Shown: positions 13,090 to 27,164 of the stretch, one piece after another | How the letters are laid out: each line of letters opens with the position of its first letter | Position numbering within the stretch: the stretch's first letter is position 1 | Source of the DNA: Parasitella parasitica NRRL 2501 | Taxonomy: Eukaryota; Fungi; Mucoromycota | NCBI GenBank assembly: GCA_025201805.1 | Contig: MU619377.1 | Coordinates: 16,734 to 80,733, forward strand | Reading direction: 5' to 3' | DNA: 64,000 nucleotides | Made by a program: the position numbers and the translations under genes | Notes under the pieces: generated by a model | Told to the model about the DNA's origin: nothing | Databases searched by the model: none | The model's input: the letters and a program-made list of their open reading frames with translations, nothing else

Positions 13090-13775
13090 TTTGTATTAAT
13101 TGTAAAAAAAATAGAAAATAATAATAATAATTTAATGAAGGAAAATTTGCTCAGCATGTCAAACATCGACTATTTAAATGATTTTCGATCCTCGCAAAAA
13201 ATAAAACTGACACAAAACCAGATTTTTCCGAGAAATCCAGTAAATGCGGAGCTCTGTCACTCCAGTATCGGATTGCTTGTTTTTTCCTTATCCTACTACA
13301 TTCAGGGTCCTTGAGAAAGAACGCCATCTCTTTTTCCATCCAACTTGATCTACGCTGGATATTAGTTGCATACACTAACTTCGATATCAGTAAATTCATC
13401 AATTCATTCATTGCTTGTCAAAGGAAAGGCCAAGGACCTCGAATTCCTATTAAGAATATATCAACTCCACCTTCACCAATTACATAAAATGAATGCATGC
13501 TAATTCCCAAATTAAGGTGAGTACACTTTTTTTCTTTGAAACTTGGCGCATGTTTAATTTTTTTTCCCAATGCTAAGAGATCGAACCCTGACTTTCCACC
13601 TGTGAAAGAGTTCCAGAGCTTCATAGACATGGGCTACAAAATTCTTTGCACAATGATCAGGTTGGACGTATAATCGTAAGAGGAGGATTAATAAGCACAG
13701 CAGGATCGATCCGAAGAACGCTGTATGCTTGATTGGACAAGTTTTCATTCTTTACACATTTGAAATATTTCACTC

Positions 13776-13812
<37 letters not shown>

Positions 13813-14949
13813 TGATGGGGTGATATTATGTAAAGCCATATGGATTAATATTTCCCTTTCTGCAAATGCCAAAAAAAAAAGGGTCTTCGAAAGAAAATTC
13901 CTCCCAGTTTTTGCCTCTGATATTATTTTTGAAAGTGATATGTTTTGTGCATGGTCCCCGCTCTACATTTTTACAAGCTCCTTGTGTATCCTCGACATTC
14001 TCTTTACTAAATTTAATGTTTTTATTGTTTATTTAAGCTGTAAGATGAGAATCCCTAAAAACTGTCGCTTCTCGATTTAAGAGACAAGAATGATAGACAA
14101 TGCATATTGTGGGGCCACCACAATCTCTCCTGACTTTTGCTCCTCCATGCGTGTATTTAAATTTTGTCTGACAGGCTCTTTTTTTGTGGGTTAAAGCGAG
14201 CTAGCGTTATTGGGCAAGTTTCTAAGAATCACCCGATTTTTCGAAACCGAATGATTTTTCTTAATACTGATACTGTAATGTGGGATTAGATTTCAAACAT
14301 TCTATGTAATGATGGCTTTTTTTTTGAAAAAAAAAAAACTCAAATCATATTACCAAAATAATTATACACAACATTTCTTATGTTGAATATGCAATAAATA
14401 AGGATGCACAAACATATTAGCCCGCAATTTCCAGTGTTTCTTTTTTCTTTTTTTTTTTAAGTGAATTGAAAGGATGTTTGAGACGGGAATGTTTGACCCT
14501 TTTTAATGACATAATATTATCAATAATTTGTGAGGTTAAAAAGAGAATCGTGTAAGGCTGGTTTACCGGCTATAATACCCATTACCTCCATTTTTGCCTA
14601 TGCTTAGCATAGGCTGGAGACAGAAATAGCCTCTTTGTCAACTTTTTCCCTTGAAAATTTAACCCGTTTTTTTTTTTTTCGTTCAACGCTGCGCATCCCA
14701 TTCAGGGTTCAAAAGGAGCTTTACCCTTGTATTACAAATAATTTGACTTTTGGCAGCGCAGGAAAGTCCGTCGAGGTCAACATATAAAGTACACGTACCA
14801 ACAAACATAAAGGGCTTCATTGGTCTTAACATTTGTACGATGATTACACATGTATCGCATACATTAGGTATTACTTTTTACTATTTGATTGATTAAGCCT
14901 TGTTGTTTGTGTCGAGACATCTCTGTAAAGCCTAAAATTCGGTCACAGT

Positions 14950-15480
14950 ATTGAAGGCTATTGGAGAATGAGGTGAGTCCATGCTGGAACGAGTACCCAT
15001 TTATATTCGAAATGGCTAGGATATAGACTGTAGAAACGGCTCAGTTGCGAAATTGAATAGCATTGTGGAGATGGAATCTCCTTGACGGAGCCCACATTTC
15101 TGGGAGACGACTGGACAGAGGAAGTCATTCATGCTGACAAAGATTTGACTTCTAAAGAACAGGCTTTGTATACAGTCAACGAAGGCTGGAGGGGAGGGGG
15201 AGGGAGGAAACCCAAACTTCTCAAGAACCTTGGTCATGTAGGTGGGATGTATCAAGTCGCACGCCTTGTTCTGGTCTAGCATAACGCCAACATACTCAAT
15301 GCCAGTGTCAGTGGTCTTGTGGGCACCTTCTAGGACCAATTTGTTGGTAAGACTGTGATTTGTTGTGTGGTCAACTCGTTACTTGTGGATATGCCTATAG
15401 TTCTGAAGCACTGATTGATGGAAAACATAGGGATTTATTACACAACGCAGTCTGGATCAAATTGGCTCTACTCCAACAAC
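14950..15480 (-). mobile_element. Degenerate non-LTR (L1-like) retrotransposon reverse-transcriptase fragment
   Basis: LDQNKACDLIHPTYMTKVLEKFG and GLRQGDSISTMLFNFATEPFL correspond to LINE RT motifs. Truncated; boundaries approximate. Confidence 0.8.
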
Positions 15481-15747
15481 AGGTCTAGGGATGGTACAAA
15501 ATCTTTAAAAATGCCCTGAATTTACAAAATAAGCGTTATAGGCAATATAATTCCATGCAGGATACAGCGTGTATACACATTGCCCGTCAATTTGATATAC
15601 TGCCAATATGGTATCGTTACAATTACATAAGCTGTAGAAAAAATTGACCCTAAAGTTTATTTCTCTTCAAAACAGAAAAAGACAATAGCAAAAATTGTCA
15701 AGCTGCATGAGCCTTTGGGATAAAACTTTTTGATCATGGTATGATAA

Positions 15748-17587
<1,840 letters not shown>

Positions 17588-20500
17588 TGTGTCTATTGTC
17601 TAATGTATAAATAATGCTAGTGTTTTAAGATGAGAGGATGCAAAATGATTGCAGTAGAAAAAAAAAAAACGAAATGTCAAATCAAGCAACTTCGTTTTAT
17701 ATGATTGCAGGCTGATTCAGTCACAAGGTACCTGACATGTTCGTTTGCGTAATTTGGATGCCGCATGGACACCCTTCCGTCGGATATGGCCTATAGATAA
17801 GACTAAATTACGTATTTCGCAGCACTCTTAGCTCCGAATATTACTGTGAGTCCGGGTCTCATAATGGGCTTTCTAAAATCAAATTGAATGTTGGCGTATG
17901 GCGTGGTATCATCAATTGTAGTCTACCTGACCAAACACAAACAAAAAAAATTGTGTGTAAATAAAAAGGGTATCATGGGATCACTTACATGATCGATACA
18001 TTTGGCCTATTTTACTCTTTCAACATAAAATGTATTCATCGTTGTGTTCACTTTGTAACCTTTTGCTAAACCCCGCAGACACCATTCGTTATGTTTTATT
18101 GTCCAATACTACTAGACGATAAAGAATTTAACCCTAAATTTGATATCCGAGATTTAATACCCTTTTGCTTTCATGACAGCCGCATGCACTTATACACCAT
18201 CCTTATGAAACTGTGAGAATTTCGTGCTTTTTTTTTTTTCTTACCCCTGATACCAGGCTTGCACTTCTATGTTTTTGGCTTGGACATTATGGTATAATTG
18301 TAAATCTTAAATTATATATTCATTTAATATGTGTGTAACTGTTCCTCAAATATGCTTGCCAATTACTGTCAATAAAACTGACATCTTGCAATATAAGGGA
18401 TAATAAGCTCGTTCAAATAGAGATGCAAATCTAAACCTTGGTCCGTCAAATGACGGATAATCAACTAATGAACCCATTTAGATGCGTCATAACATTAGGA
18501 TGCCGATTTGACTTGTGATTAGAAGAAACCATACCAAATGTTGAACAGTGCTCACTGATAACGTATTTGAGGTTTATCTTGGGCCATGCGGAACGATAAA
18601 CGTCATAGAATACATATCCATTCATCATATCTGCGTTGGTCAATCTCGTTTATGCAGAATATGATATGCCTCACCTCTATCAAAACGGAATTTTGAGCTC
18701 TCCTAATACCAGATTGCAATAAATACATTTTTAAATTTTGCACCACGTTGGCTTTGCTATTTATCGGAGATGATGACAAATGCCACTCTAAATAGCTGCT
18801 CATTATTTTAGAGTTCAGGTCAGAGATATTAAACATTATAAAATGATGGAAATCATGTTTCCGAGAATGCTTTGATATAACAAGAGACTGGTTGCTTCCT
18901 CAGATTCTTTTTTTTTTAAAAAAAAAAAAAAATCTGGATCACCCTAATGAAAATGAGAATCGATAGGGATTAAGTCTGAACATATAGTTAGTTCTCAATT
19001 TAACGAGATTGCTAGATCAAAAGCTAACGCATCCACGTACATTAATTACATGACCTGATAGAGCAAATACATAAATGTAGTAAGGCACGCTTTAGCATAT
19101 TCCAAATTCAGCATTTGTGTTTAGGCCATGTTGATAAGTGTGACTAATGACTTTTTACAATGATAGAAAACATGTATCTCTAATATTTGGCCATTCGATA
19201 TCATGGATAAATTAGGAGTATTTTCTCCAAGGCAGAATTTATACATACAAACAATGCCTTCATTTCTTCATAATTCATATGCTGCAACTGCACATTTAAA
19301 AAAAAAAAAAAAAAAAAAAGTACCATTCCCAGTAGAGTAGGGAATTAATAAATAGAAGGCATAATCTAGGAAACTGCGTGTCTTTGCTAAAAATAATATG
19401 ACAGGGCTTATAAACGATGCAAAACAATACTAAAATTAAAGTTTTTACACTATTAACAATAGCTCTATCAGCTTAGGTATCAAAAGCACCAAGGAACAAC
19501 TTTTGAGTTGAAAAATATCGTACCTTGCATCAACTTGAGCGCCTTGACTGTATATAAAGCTCTTGGGTGGTTTAATGAACTTTAATTTCCGACAGTGCCG
19601 CAAAAACTGGTCAACCGAAGTTGCCCTTTGGACTTGTTTGAATAAAGCTTCATACTTACAAACAAAACCCATTTGATCTACTGAAAAATTTAGACACGAT
19701 TTGATCCCGAGATAGATAATTCCTAGCTAAAAAAAATGAACACAACTCAATTCTTTTAATAATTAAATGCAAATAGACAAATAACGTGTTTGGATCATAA
19801 TCTGATGATTTATATAGCCCTAATAATAGCTTTGTAAAGCATATGCAGATCCAACTTGTGTTTAATGTTGTCACATACGTTTGGTAGTTTTATGGCAACA
19901 AAAAATTTGGATATAATCAAGTTAATGGTATACATTAAAATAGCTAAATATAAACATAGTGTCAAATCGTCAATTTTGAGATATTTGGGTATTTTATCGA
20001 TTGTTTTTGCAAGCAAGTGTCTCCCAAATCACTACCAATTAAATAAATTGATAGATAAAAATTTTATATACATAACGCCATTACTCAGCTTTTTTTTTGG
20101 AAGAGTAAATATGAGCAGCAACTTTATTTTATCCGCATTTACAATACACCTGTAAGACATATTACAATTATTCATGCAATCAGCTTTTTTCTGTCTCAAT
20201 TCATTTTATAAAAATTATCTTCAAACAAATTTGAAAATGTATTTGCTTCGTATGCTTTCATGCGATTTATGACACGGAAAATTTTCGTTTTGAATTCGCA
20301 TTCATTAAAATTGGGGGGGAGGGGAGGGGGGGGGGGTTAGTAAAAGCGTTAAATAATCACTCCAGAAGTCAAACTCGATATGATTTCTGCATAGTAAATC
20401 TATAATAGTTAATGATTATGTATTATTCCGATACAAAGAATGTAGGCGGATGAATCTAAGCGATTGAACCTCGTCAAGTACAACGGAAATACGTGCTAGA

Positions 20501-22033
20501 ATTGCCTGGTCCAAAGTTTACAGCAGCAATAAACTATTGCAGGAAGATAATATACTGTAACTAGCTTTTTATTGTGAATATAAAAAGAGCTCAGAAGAAT
20601 TTTAGCATATCGTTGATTTTATGAAAATCTGTTTAAGATTTGATATAATTATTAATCTAGTATAGCCGATTCCCTATATATTAAAATCGTGTAGCATCCT
20701 TAAATCTACAAAAAGAAAATGCCGCAATAATGGTAGGATATTGCAAGAAGGGATAGCAAGGTAATGCGAAAGTAGAAGGAAGTGAAGCGAAACTAAACAA
20801 ACGACAAAGTGGAGGTATGGCAGCCTACTACGCCTAAGCTTCAGCCTCAGAGAAATTTTGACGAAATCTACTCTCCAAATAGACATTTATTTTAGCCAGG
20901 CTGTTTGGCCAAGTTGACCTAAAGAGTTATGTAAATGATGGCATGAATCGACCTTTAAATCAAAGAGACTTTTTAAAGCTAGAATGCAAAGTTACAAACC
21001 AGCCCAGGAACGTTGTTTCATGTTTTAATACAAACACCACCTACAAACACAGAAGTCGATGAAAAAGCCATGCGAGAAGTATGATCTATTTTGAATGATT
21101 ACTCAGCTTGGGTCACGTTCCATGTATTAATGCACTCGAGTATCATTAGTTTTTTTTTTTTTTTTTTTTTCCTTCTACTGTGCTTCGATCTCTCATGTTA
21201 CAACATCGCTCTAAGTTTGTAAACAACATATGCAATCACGGTTGGTCTGCAATTTTAATAAGATATCATATGAGTGTTTAATGTATAATCTATAAATGAT
21301 TAGGACATATCTTGACACCAAAGTTTAGTACTTAAGTGTACTCACATGAAAATATGGAAATATACAGAACTCATGTTGTACTACACAACGTCGTAACAAA
21401 TAAATCAAAAGGGGAAAAAAGACTGCTAGATTAAGTAATAACCAGGATCCGGAACACAATTCGGGAACAAACAATAGCACGGCAAGCTGACCACTTGTCA
21501 ATATCAATGTATAACTGTATGTACTCTTTTTTTTTTAAAAAAAAAAACCATAAATGATAGATACACTATACATGCTCATATGCGAAATATAAAAGATACC
21601 TACATTGCAAATGCATGCATACATTTACAAAGACATATGATATCACAGCAATCGGCATTCAACTAAACAAAGATGAAAGGCTAGACAGAAGGTACATACA
21701 AATCATATGAATGGTCATAGATAGGAGAGATATGTGTTCTATTCTTCTTTTCATAAATACTTTATACATGAACATCACCTCCCTCTCTCATGAACATTAT
21801 TCTAAATCACACCATCTTTTTGTTTTTATTTTTTGTGGAATAGAGTAAACCCTTGACACCCTCCCTCTCCTCCCTTTTTTGCATCTACGGCTCATATGAT
21901 AATTGAAAACATAGGGAAAAGGTGGTTTTATAAATTTGACAGCAGTTTTAGTGATGGATGATAAATATGTGATATAAACTATATAAAGAAGAATCAAATG
22001 TATTAAGTTGGTAAATATAAGGTGGTAATTCTG

Positions 22034-22241
22034 TTATTTCTTTGAATCAGGATCATCTGTTGTTGCTAATGTTGTTGAAGCTGTAGAAGATGGCGTATTC
22101 TCATCTGCATCAAAAAGCACTGCATCTGGTTTAGATGCTAATGCAGGTTCAGCCGATGCATTGTTGGATGCCGGTCCTTTGGATAAGCGCATATCCAATG
22201 CTTTCAATGCCAATGCTCTAATTTGGAAAATGAATACTTGT

Positions 22242-22319
<78 letters not shown>

Positions 22320-23421
22320 NNNNNNNNNNTTTGCATTGTTAACCCTTTACCTTCTTCTTTCAGCCTCTGCACGGGCAGAGCCGGGGGCAGGTGCAATATT
22401 GCCAATTTCCAAGTCATGATAGGTACGTGGTCCTGGTTTACAGCAATTTAATTTAACTAGTGTTCCATAGACAATATTCGAAATTATAGTGATAACAGGA
22501 CTAACAAAATTAATACGCCATCTAATTTCAATCATAGCGTTAACTTACTGCAAGAATTCAGGGAAGAATGTTTGTATAGCAAAAGTCTCGCTTCTGTCAC
22601 CTTGGATACCATCTTGGTACTTGAAAAATCGAATATAAACCCATCCAATGACCCATCCAATATTTACAAGATTATAGAATACAATCGCTTGAAAAAAAAT
22701 AAGTGAAATAATACTGGTCACTGTAGCAACACCAAGCAAGTTCTACCATAAAGACAATTTAGACATGCCAGTCTACTAGAATTCTCATTTCCTTACCTTA
22801 ACACGAATGGAGACTTTACCACCCATAATGGCAATGCGATGTTCTGGGATCAAGTGTTTGAAGGCTACCAAAAAGGCAGAAAAAACACCTGCCATACCAT
22901 TGATTTGTACTTGATATAAAAACTTATCATCTCCAGATAAATAATAGGATAACAGAATACCAAACCATGTAACTACATTCGACAATACGGCTGTAATCAG
23001 GATAAATTTTAATAACTCTCTGGACCCCCAAGCACGCTCCAAGTATTTTCCACTAAACAATAAAACTACAACACTAATGGAGAGCTATGAAATATACTTG
23101 GTCAAATTATTGTATACTTGGTAGAGTAGAGACTTACTGTAATAATGTTGCTTTCATAAAATGCAGCGGTTAAGAATGTCCAGGGAGCATACATGACACT
23201 ATAAAAAAAATTAGTATATTTGTGCCAACACATTATAATCTATCTTACAATCCGGGTAAAAGCCCAATGAATGGACTTATAGATAAAGGTGTTGTGTCAG
23301 GATCAGCATCTAATTTCAATCGGTAAATGTAGATGTACGATGCAATGGATAGACCTAATACAGTAGACACCAGAGCCTTTGTTAATGAAGGGACATTGGC
23401 CACCAACGATTTTATTGTCAT
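22034..23421 (-). CDS. TMEM115: TMEM115/DUF1751 rhomboid-like Golgi membrane protein, multi-exon
   Basis: PWTFLTAAF, GKYLERAWGSRELLKF, WVYIRFF...GDRSETFA..FFP, AEAERRRALALKALDMRL. Confidence 0.88.
22246..22330. repeat. Long T homopolymer running into an assembly gap, inside the last TMEM115 intron
   Basis: More than 70 T followed by N's. Confidence 0.9.
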
Positions 23422-23870
23422 TTCTTTAAAAAAAAATTTGTAGAAAAAAAGGGGGCAAAATGGACATGGATTTCGCATCTTAAGTCAAATTTCGCACGTG
23501 ATGAGTCTGCTTTTGCTTCCCTCGCCTGAAACTGATGTAAATCTCAATCAACACAACATATCCCAAAGGGGGAGTTTGATAAATACTTTTGGGGGGAGGG
23601 AGGGGGTGCAGAGATAAAGGGATGAACTTTTTCGTCATAATTGAAAAATTGAAAACAAAATTTTGCACAACATAAAAACTTTTTTTTTTTTTTTTTTTTT
23701 NNNNNNNNNNNNNNNNNNNNNNNNNNNNNNTCGGGGGGGAGAGGACATAGTTGTAACCATATTAGAAAGGTGTACAAAGAAGAAGATTTTTTGCAAGGTT
23801 TCTTTTTTTCCCTCTTCTTCTTCTTTTTCTTCAATTCTCTCATCCTTTTTTCTTACAACATATACGTATT

Positions 23871-26814
23871 ATGTCGACAAGTATAAATAGCAATATTCCG
23901 CCACAACAACTACAACAACAGCAACAATCTCCTATTGTACAAAAATTAGCAAATGTAAATGAACAAGCTTGGCTAACTTTAGGTGAGATATCTCATTTTA
24001 TTTTTTTGGGCCTTATTTATATGGGGAGAGGGAGAAAAAAAAAAAAAAGCTGTATTCATATCAGCTCTATGTATATATTTTTTTTTTCGTATTTAAATAT
24101 TAGCTCTATGTGTGTGTAATATGTTTGTATATAAATATTATACATGTATACAAAAGGTGAGGGGGGTGGGAGATGGTAGTGCAAAGGTTATAGATGACGG
24201 AGCCAAAAAAGGGAGATGAATACACTCCTAAAGGGGGCGGGTTACAGTTATATGCATGTGTAACATAATATTACACCCACACCTTCAAATCTTGTATCAC
24301 ACTTGATATAACAAATCAAGGCTGGCTTGAAATTAAGGGAAAGAGAACGCCACACTTATTTATAAATCATTTTTTTTACAGGCAACCTAGCGGAGATGAT
24401 GGCTGACTGGGAACGTGCCATGAACTCATATGAAGCCGCTTTAAGACACAACCCTTACTCGATCACCGCACTATCCCATATTGCTTCCCTTTGTAGGGGT
24501 AGAGAACAATTTGCTAAGGTAAGGCCAGGCTTCATTTTCTGATCTGTCAAAATTATTTTAGACGCCACTTTAAACTAGCCATAGTTACTAATTAAGGCAA
24601 TGACTTTTTTTTAGGCTGTCGAATATTTCAAACGTATTTTGGCATTGCAAGAGAACAATGGCGAAACTTGGAGCGCTTTGGGGCACTGCTACCTTATGAT
24701 GGACAATTTGCAAGAAGCCTATCAGGCATATCAACAAGCGCTATATCACTTACAAAGCCCAAAGGACCCAAAGCTGTGGTATGGCATTGGTATTCTTTAC
24801 GATCGCTACGGCTCTATTGAGCATGCTGAAGAAGCCTTTTCTGCTGTTATGAAAATGGACCCCCAATTTGAAAAATCAAATGAGATTTACTTTAGATTGG
24901 GCATTATTTACAAACAACAACAAAAATACGATTTATCGCTGCAGGTTAGTAGCAAGTATGTTATTAACGGGCTTGTTCGGAAGAGCTTACATGATGAGAT
25001 AGTGCTTCCGTTATATTTTGCATAATCCTCCCAGACCTTTGACAGAAATTGATATTTGGTTTCAAACAGGCCATGTGTATGAGCAACAAAAAGAGCACGA
25101 ATTAGCAAAAGAAGCTTATGAACGAGTATTATCCGAGAATCCTGACCACGCTAAAGTATTGCAGCAATTGGGCTGGTTGTTCCATCAACAAAACACGTCG
25201 TTTTCGAACCAACCTACTGCTATTCAGTACCTAACCCGTTCATTGAAAGCCGATAGCACAGATGCACAGTCTTGGTATTTGCTTGGCAGATGTTATATGG
25301 TAGAACAAAATTACAACAAGGCGTACGAAGCCTACCAGCAAGCTGTATATCGCGATGCCCGTAACCCTACTTTCTGGTGCTCTATTGGTGTGCTATACTA
25401 TCAAATTAACCAGTATAGGGATGCACTGGATGCTTATAGTCGTGCTATTCGATTAAATCCATACATTAGTGAAGTTTGGTATGATCTGGGTACATTATAC
25501 GAATCTTGCAACAATCAAATTCAAGACGCGTTGGATGCCTATCAAAGAGCAAGCGAACTGGATCCATCCAATCCTCATATAAGACAAAGACTGGACCTGT
25601 TGAGAAAGTCTAATCCAGGCAATGCACCTGTATCAACGCCCGTCCCTCAAGATGTGAATAACCCCTATCAATATCAAAACGGACCCAACAGTAATAATAA
25701 TTCTCAATACCCACCTCCACCTCCTTTAGTGCCTGGTCCACAATCAGGAGAAACAGGCAACGGCTCGCCTCAATACCCTCATCACCCGTTCAATGGAACA
25801 AGAAATTACGAGCATACTAGAATGGCAAGTGTTTTTTTCTTTTTATTTCATTGTGCTGCTTGAAATGTGCTAAATTTATGTATCATGTCAATGCAGGATG
25901 GCCCACAAAAAGTCCCTCGTGATCTTCCCTTACCTCCACCCACAGGATCACAAGGTACTGGCGATCGACGACGTTCACCTATTCCGTATGGTCCCTTAAA
26001 TAACAGCAATAATATGCATGGAGGAAATAACAATAATAGCAACATCCACAATGCAGATGTCCGTATCCCTGATATTGGAGGAGGCGGAAGAGCACCAGCT
26101 CCCTCTGAACGTGTATTAATGAACCCCATGCTTGAATCAAGATCGCCCATTTATCGTCATAGTACAAGTAATACAAAGATGGGATCTGTCGCAAGATCGC
26201 CTATTCCATCAAAAACATCTCCTAAATACCAGACACCATATTACAGTCCACGACAACATCACCCACATCAGCCTCAAATGAATACAGTCAATACATCAGC
26301 ATTTTCAGGGCATTCTACGCCTATCGAGCCTTACCAATCTTACCATCTTGAAAATGAGCCGCTTAGAAGAACATCTGTATTGTACGATAATGAAAAGAAC
26401 AATGCACCCCCATTATCATCTACACCTCCTCCATCAGCAATGAAAAGAGAGTATATTGACAACAGTGGAGGCAACAGACTATCGGGCGTCAATAAGCATC
26501 CTCGCAGCCATCATAGACACAGCTCAAGTAGCAGCAGTAGTCATCATTCTATCAGGCAGCAGATAAAAAACCAAAGCCCAGTTGAAAATAACGCAGCCGA
26601 TACCCTTATGAGCATGTCGCAAAAGAGCTATGTGAATGACAGCGTAAGCAAGAAAAGAGGCTTAGAAATGGCAGATGACGAAGAAGAAGAAGAGGATAAT
26701 CAGCAAGAGCAAGATAAAAGGCAGAGAATAGATAGAGTAGTCGAAAATACGCAAACGAGACACTCGTCTTCTGTTAACGCAACAAAAGATGGCAGTATCT
26801 CTGTATCCTCGTAA
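23871..26814 (+). CDS. CYC8: TPR corepressor Cyc8/Ssn6, multi-exon
   Basis: GETWSALGHCYLMMDNLQEAYQAYQQALYHL, DPKLWYGIGILYDRYGS, FWCSIGVLYYQINQYRDALDAYSRAIRLNPYISEVWYDLGTLYESCNNQ. Confidence 0.95.
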
Positions 26815-27164
26815 AATAAATAAAATGACGTTGCTGTACGATACAGTCAGATAAGTGCCAACTACATTTCATAATCTAAAATCTCGATTTGAGCTGCGAT
26901 TTATCATTTCACAAGATTAAATTTTCGTTCCTGATTCAGGTTGTTGATCTGACTGATTTAATTCCCGATTAACGCACGTATTGCTGCATTATGCAATGTA
27001 AAACGTTTCAAGTGTCTATATGCGTTCTTATGCGTTCTTGATCAATATTCATGTTATTCAGATGCAAATATACATAGTAGGTATTTTATTATTATTGTTA
27101 TTGTTATTATTATTATTATTTCGGTATATGCAGATTCAATTTTAATGTGACGAAGAGAGTAGTT

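Noticed and set aside
13560-13620. tRNA-like GGTTCGATC on the minus strand
   Set aside because: No cloverleaf or acceptor stem can be formed.
15486-15652. MITE with TAGGG...CCCTA ends
   Set aside because: Only a 5-bp inverted match and no TSD.
18442-18469. Helitron-like 3' end (TCCGTCA-aa-TGACGGA then CTAA)
   Set aside because: Short stem compatible with chance; no 5' end or RepHel remnant seen.
22034-22417. Poly-lysine protein in the ORF track
   Set aside because: Translation through an intronic homopolymer and N gap.
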